Source of the DNA: Pelagomonas calceolata | Taxonomy: Eukaryota | NCBI GenBank assembly: GCA_918797485.1 | Contig: CAKKNE010000001.1 | Coordinates: forward strand, 3,348,001 to 3,412,000 | Length of the DNA stretch: 64,000 bases | Reading direction: 5' to 3' | Shown here: in pieces, positions 59,487-64,000 of the stretch | Layout of the letters: each line of letters begins with the position of its first letter | How positions within the stretch are numbered: position 1 is the stretch's first letter | The notes under the pieces: model-generated | Told to the model about the DNA's origin: nothing | What the model saw: the letters and a program-made list of their open reading frames with translations, nothing else | Database searches by the model: none | Translations under genes and position numbers: made by a program

Positions 59487-60386
59487 ATGAGGTCCCGAGC
59501 GTCGTCGCCGGCGCCGGAAGAACCTCTAGCAGAGACCGCGGCCGACGACGACGGCATCGTCGACACGACCGACGAAGTAGCGCTGCTCCAAAGTGAAAAC
59601 AATAGCCTGCGAGAAGAAGTCGCCGAGCTCAAGCGGAGCCTGGAGGACGCCGAACAACGAGCAAAGGGCATCGATCCCAACCGACTCCAGGAGGGCGAGG
59701 AGGACAAATATGAAGTGTGCGAGGAGGACGACGGCTGGGTCGGCGAGGGTGTGCATCGGAGGAAACGTTTAACTTGGGACGCGTTCTGCGAGAAGCACGA
59801 GCGGGCCGTGCGGACCGTGAAGATGCGTTTGGAGGGCGAGGCGGCTCTGTTAAAGGACATAAGAAGGCTGAAGGACTCACTAGTAGAAAAGTGCACGCAG
59901 CTACGGGCGGCGCTAGCCCAGGTGGACCTCGACAACCGCACGATCAAGCAACTGCGGAACGAGTTGCATGCGAAAGATAAGAATCTGAAGCTCATGGAGT
60001 CGAAGGAGGCCCAGACGAAGAAGCTCCTCGGTACTCTATCCAAAGAATACAAGGACTTCAAGCAGGAATTGCGGGAGCGCGACGAAAATACCCAAAAAAT
60101 GATCGCGGAGCTTAATTATCTGAGGGACAAGGAGGCCAAACGGCAGGAAAGAAGACGGCAGCGCGAAGAAAGCGTGCGCTTCGGTCCGGAGGAATCGGTG
60201 AGGAGCCCGGCCCGGCCTTCTGTAACAGGAGGGGACACGCCGTTCATGGAGTGGAAGGCGTCGCTGGCCGGGCAATTGCAACCTCTCAAACGGGACTTCG
60301 ACCCGCACCCTCCTGGTTCGCGCGAGGCGGCGCGGGCGAAGCGGCTGTGGAGCACGCCGACGCCGGGGGGGTTTATGCGATTTTAG
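59487..60386 (+). CDS. Coiled-coil hypothetical protein
   Basis: Heptad-rich E/K/L sequence; first ATG at 59487 (MRSRASS). Confidence 0.65.
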   Translation: MRSRASSPAPEEPLAETAADDDGIVDTTDEVALLQSENNSLREEVAELKRSLEDAEQRAKGIDPNRLQEGEEDKYEVCEEDDGWVGEGVHRRKRLTWDAFCEKHERAVRTVKMRLEGEAALLKDIRRLKDSLVEKCTQLRAALAQVDLDNRTIKQLRNELHAKDKNLKLMESKEAQTKKLLGTLSKEYKDFKQELRERDENTQKMIAELNYLRDKEAKRQERRRQREESVRFGPEESVRSPARPSVTGGDTPFMEWKASLAGQLQPLKRDFDPHPPGSREAARAKRLWSTPTPGGFMRF

Positions 60387-60497
60387 CAGCACTAGTAGGG
60401 TCCCGGGGGGCGCGCGGTTGTTTGAGACTGACTCCTTGGTGAGAGACGCCGCCTGATGTAAGCGCAAGGACTCGAGAAAACACCGTCGACAAAAGTG

Positions 60498-60519
60498 CTA
60501 GTGTCTTACATGCCGCTAG
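60498..60519 (-). promoter_or_regulatory. Double-CTAG upstream motif (reverse complement CTAGCGGCATGTAAGACACTAG)
   Basis: Perfect core about 195 bp upstream of the ATG at 60715. Confidence 0.65.
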
Positions 60520-60714
60520 TAATCGCGCGCGGCGGTCAAAGCTGGCTGGCGCATCGCGAAGGCGCGGCGCCGGGGAGTTTCAGGCGCGTTGAGATCTGTA
60601 CGCGCAGCGCGCAGCGCCGCGGAACGGAATCGGCGCTCGCAAAGCCGCGGCAGAGCCCCAGCAGATTAAACTTGGGAGAGCGTCAGGAGGCGACCTGCTC
60701 TGTGAAGAACAACG

Positions 60715-63498
60715 ATGCCGGCGGGCCGCGCGGCGGCATTCGGCGCCGCGGCGACCGTCGTGGGCGCCTACGCGCTGCAGGACCACCTGCGCTCGCGCGC
60801 CGCGCGGCGCGAGGAGGAGGACCAGAAGCGGGCGATCATGGAGATGTTCGAGCGCGAGGCCGAGGAGGGTCCGATGGGCCTGCGGGGGACGGAGGAGGGC
60901 TACGCGTTCAAGAGGCTCGAGGACGCCCAGCAGGCGGAGCTGCTCTGCGTCGCGCTCGAGAAGCTCTTCTTCAGACTCAAGAAGGCGGCGCCACCGTCGT
61001 CGGCCGTGACGGCGCTCCCGTTCCTCGAGATCGGCGAGGCGGCGCCCGCGACGGTCGTGCTGGCGTGCGTACTCGCGCTCGGCGACGACGAGCTCGCGTG
61101 GCGGTTGTTCGGCGACGACGAAGACAAGGAGCCGCGCAGCGCGGCCGAAGGGAAGCTCCGCGCCGCGCTGGCCGCGTCCAAATCCGTCGGAATCTCGGCG
61201 AGCTTTCTCTCTGACTCGCCCGGTGGCAAGCAGGCCGTCGTCGACTTCTGCCGCGGGCTCGGGGCCGAGCCGCTCGCGCCAAAGAGCAACGTGACGTTCG
61301 ACGCCGCCCGGTCGCGACTGGAGATCAACCGGGTGTCCCAGAAACCGGAGGTAATGCTCGGAGAGGTCCAGGAACAGGTCAACGACTGGAAGCCGGAGGA
61401 CTCCGCCATCGTCACGCTGTACCAGGTCGTCTCGCAGTGGGTCTGGCGGCGCGGCGCGCCCGGCGTCCGGGCCGCCCAGGGCGCGGACACGGAACTGGCG
61501 CGGCAGCTCGGGCAGAGCCTGGGCGTGGGCGTCTGCCGCCAGTCCGCGCTCAAGGAGACGGGCGGCAACGCCATCGTCAACTCGGTCTACGCCGAAAACA
61601 CGGACTCGTTTCTGGACCGGCTCGTGTCGGGCGAGCTGCCCTCGACGCTCGACGAGGCCGGCCGCTACTTTATTGATCGTAACGGTGAGAGCTACCAGCC
61701 GCACACGTTCCAGATCAAATACCGCAAGGCCAGCAACGGCGGGCCCCGCGACGCCCTGTGGCTGTCGTGCGCGTTCGCGCCGGGCGGCGGCTTCTCCGTG
61801 CCCGTGCACCGGTCGTCGATCCGCCGCGAGGACAACGGTGTGACCTACATGAAGTCCATGGGAGAGGCGACGGGCAAGCAGCCGCTGAACCAGCAACCAA
61901 AAAAGGAAGTCGTGGCGGCGCGCGCCCACTTCCTGGCGGCCCTGAAGACGGCCGCCGTCGGCGACGCCTGGGCGAAGGCCCTCGAGCGCGAGGCGGGCCC
62001 CTGGTCGCTCGAGCACGTCGCGGCGCGGCGCGGCGACCTCGTGCACATCGAGTCGCGGCGCGACGAGGAGGTGACGCTCGAGTTCCTGCGCGGCGCCGAC
62101 GAGGCGCTGCTGAACGTCGACCCGCAGACGGTCCGCCGCGCCCTCGCCGCGGCGCTCGTCCGCGTCGTGCCGGACCGCGAGGCGGACGAGGGCCCGGGCC
62201 CGGGCGTGGCGGAAGAGGTCGACGCGTTCGCGACGGAGTACGCCGAGCTCATCCTCATCGGACTGAGCAAGGTGCCGCGGCTTGCCGACGGCCGCACGCC
62301 GGTCGAGGTCGTGCCCGACGAGTCGGTGGAGGACAAGGCCGACCGGGAGTGGCTCGGGTTCACGCATAACGGGTCCTACGCGGCCCGCACGCGCCACGTG
62401 CTGGTGAAGCGCGAGCGGGACCGGCGCCGGAGCGCGCGCGAGCTGGCCGTCGCGTACGTGCCACTCGCGTTCCGCCTCGCGTTCGCGGTGGTCGTCTTAA
62501 TAGGCTTCGCCGGGTTCGCCTGGGGTACGGCCACCAATTTCGTCGTGTTCCTGCCGGACACGATGGCCTTGGCGGTGTCGGTCGTGCTGAACCTCTGGGC
62601 GCTCTCTTCGACGCTCAACTACACGGCCGCGTTCCTCGAGGTCGACGCCGACGCCTCGGCCTGGCGCCGCGCCGCCGTCGTCACGTGCCGCTTCCACGAG
62701 GGCTTGGCTCGCGTGATGTCCTGGGAGCTGCCGCTCGTGGCCCGGACGCGGGCGCTGCAGGCGTCGTGCGGCGACGTGGTGCTGCGGTGGTCGCGGCGCC
62801 TCCAGCGCCAGGCCTTCCGCGAGCACCTGTCGCGGGGGCGCATCCGGGCGTCGGACGCTTGTTTATTTCTCGAAGATGTCGCTCGCTGTCGCGCGAGGCG
62901 GCCCGCGCGGCCCGCGCGGGCCGACGTCGAGGACCCGCTCTACCAGTACGCCGGCGAGAAGGGCGCGACACGGGGCGTGATTCCCGGCACGCGCGACGAG
63001 GCGGAGGCGTTCCTGGGCCTCGCCGTCGAGGAGGAGCACACGGGCGCAGCGCCCCTCCCTCTGCCGTCGGCGGCGCTCGTGGCGTCGTTATGCGGCGTCG
63101 CGTCGGGGCGGTTCGCGGGCCTCCTCGAGAACGGCCCCGCGAGCCCCGCGAGCCCGGAGGAGCCGCGAGAAGAGCCCGAGGAGCCGCAGGAGCCGCCGCC
63201 GGTGCGGCCCGCGCCGCTGCCCAAGAAGCGCACCATCGAGGAGGCGCTCGAGGCGGGCGGCTGGGAGTTCAAGCGCGGAAAGCACCACATCGTCTTCGAG
63301 CGCCACGTCGTCGCGCCGGGCGGCCGCCGCGCCAAGCAGACGTTCGTCGCCGCGTCGACGCCGTCGGGCCGCGGCCGCAAGCAAGAGCTCGCCCGGCTCA
63401 ACAAGCTCAACCGCGAAGGCCCTGCCGCGCCCGCCGACGCGGGGGGGGTGCAGCGGACGGCGCGGCGCCGCAAGAAGCTGGGCAAGCGCGGACGCTAG
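60715..63498 (+). CDS. 927-aa hypothetical membrane protein with partial BTB/KCTD-like segment and C-terminal HicA-like domain
   Basis: DSFLDRLVSGELPSTLDEAGRYFIDRNG; two TM helices near 62440-62640; IEEALEAGGWEFKRGKHHIVFER...ASTPSGR. Confidence 0.65.
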   Translation: MPAGRAAAFGAAATVVGAYALQDHLRSRAARREEEDQKRAIMEMFEREAEEGPMGLRGTEEGYAFKRLEDAQQAELLCVALEKLFFRLKKAAPPSSAVTALPFLEIGEAAPATVVLACVLALGDDELAWRLFGDDEDKEPRSAAEGKLRAALAASKSVGISASFLSDSPGGKQAVVDFCRGLGAEPLAPKSNVTFDAARSRLEINRVSQKPEVMLGEVQEQVNDWKPEDSAIVTLYQVVSQWVWRRGAPGVRAAQGADTELARQLGQSLGVGVCRQSALKETGGNAIVNSVYAENTDSFLDRLVSGELPSTLDEAGRYFIDRNGESYQPHTFQIKYRKASNGGPRDALWLSCAFAPGGGFSVPVHRSSIRREDNGVTYMKSMGEATGKQPLNQQPKKEVVAARAHFLAALKTAAVGDAWAKALEREAGPWSLEHVAARRGDLVHIESRRDEEVTLEFLRGADEALLNVDPQTVRRALAAALVRVVPDREADEGPGPGVAEEVDAFATEYAELILIGLSKVPRLADGRTPVEVVPDESVEDKADREWLGFTHNGSYAARTRHVLVKRERDRRRSARELAVAYVPLAFRLAFAVVVLIGFAGFAWGTATNFVVFLPDTMALAVSVVLNLWALSSTLNYTAAFLEVDADASAWRRAAVVTCRFHEGLARVMSWELPLVARTRALQASCGDVVLRWSRRLQRQAFREHLSRGRIRASDACLFLEDVARCRARRPARPARADVEDPLYQYAGEKGATRGVIPGTRDEAEAFLGLAVEEEHTGAAPLPLPSAALVASLCGVASGRFAGLLENGPASPASPEEPREEPEEPQEPPPVRPAPLPKKRTIEEALEAGGWEFKRGKHHIVFERHVVAPGGRRAKQTFVAASTPSGRGRKQELARLNKLNREGPAAPADAGGVQRTARRRKKLGKRGR

Positions 63499-63677
63499 CT
63501 CTGTTGTGCCGTATTAACTACTAAATAGTACACGACCCTTACCGGCATCAGTCGCTCGCGGCGCGCGACGCGGTCGGGCGCCGCCCCATCACAGGGGGGC
63601 GGCGCCGTCATGAGCGTCGCGCACACATCGAGCGCGTCACCGGCATCGCGCGGTCCGCAACCGCGCATGCCCTAGCC

Positions 63678-64000
63678 TCAGCCGCCGCCGCCGCCCGCGG
63701 AGCCGAAGGACGTCGGCACGCCGGCGCCCGCGGACGCGATGTGCGGCCGCGCCGGCGAGTTCGAGACGTCGTCGTCGTAGACGCCGTGGATGTTCGACTT
63801 CTTCTTCTTCGGGAACGGCGAGTAGGCCGGGTCGAAGAGCGAGCCCCAGTACGCCCGCGTCATCAAAGTCGCGGTCCCGATCGCGCCGCGCTTTTTGGCC
63901 TTCTTGGCCTTGGCGGCGAGCTTGACCTTGGATTTACTCTTCTTCTTCGGCGCCAGGGGCTCGTCGGCGAGCTTCACTTTGGAGCTCTTCTTCGACCGCG
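63678..64000 (-). CDS. 3' end of a Lys-rich hypothetical protein (start outside the window)
   Basis: Open frame continuing to the window edge; RAYWGSLFDP, NIHGV, C-terminal GGGGG. Confidence 0.55.
   Translation of the reverse strand, partial: RSKKSSKVKLADEPLAPKKKSKSKVKLAAKAKKAKKRGAIGTATLMTRAYWGSLFDPAYSPFPKKKKSNIHGVYDDDVSNSPARPHIASAGAGVPTSFGSAGGGGG

Noticed and set aside
60580..62397. 605-aa minus-strand ORF and many other long overlapping ORFs (e.g. 32157-33665 +, 22579-23481 +, 17883-18758 +)
   Set aside because: Antisense or shifted-frame shadows of real genes, expected in high-GC DNA; Arg/Ala/Gly-rich with no domains
1..64000. Prokaryotic operon, prophage or biosynthetic gene cluster interpretation
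   Set aside because: Spliceosomal introns, eukaryote-specific genes (TAF9, RBM22, BBS1, GAS8, PEX11) and functionally unrelated neighbours on alternating strands

Overview
Eukaryotic, GC-rich, very compact nuclear DNA with about 36 mostly single-exon genes. Gene content (bHLH-PAS, bipartite signal+AF plastid presequences, GAS8/BBS1 flagellar genes, a MYND-RINGv-TPR protein) and intron style point to a photosynthetic stramenopile, most likely a pelagophyte such as Pelagomonas or Aureococcus (inference). The standout is a 2250-aa NLR-like STAND protein (coiled coil, NACHT, about 14 near-identical WD40 repeats, 11 ankyrins). It has a RelA/SpoT (alarmone synthetase-like) nucleotidyltransferase domain inserted inside the NACHT module, so it is a candidate immune receptor with a built-in nucleotide-messenger or toxin enzyme. 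Several short introns are introner-type MITEs with terminal inverted repeats, a transposon-supplied AG, and a GT/GC donor 7-9 nt outside the element. A CTAGCGG-N2-4-GTAAGACACTAG motif recurs about 80-300 bp upstream of start codons (11 clear and several degenerate copies), and a ~55-bp element recurs just downstream of stop codons. Bacterial-type domains occur in eukaryotic settings: OmpA-C, GH55 laminarinase, YnfA and a HicA-like fold. No rRNA, tRNA or CRISPR array was found. All protein calls come from manual motif recognition, not database searches.
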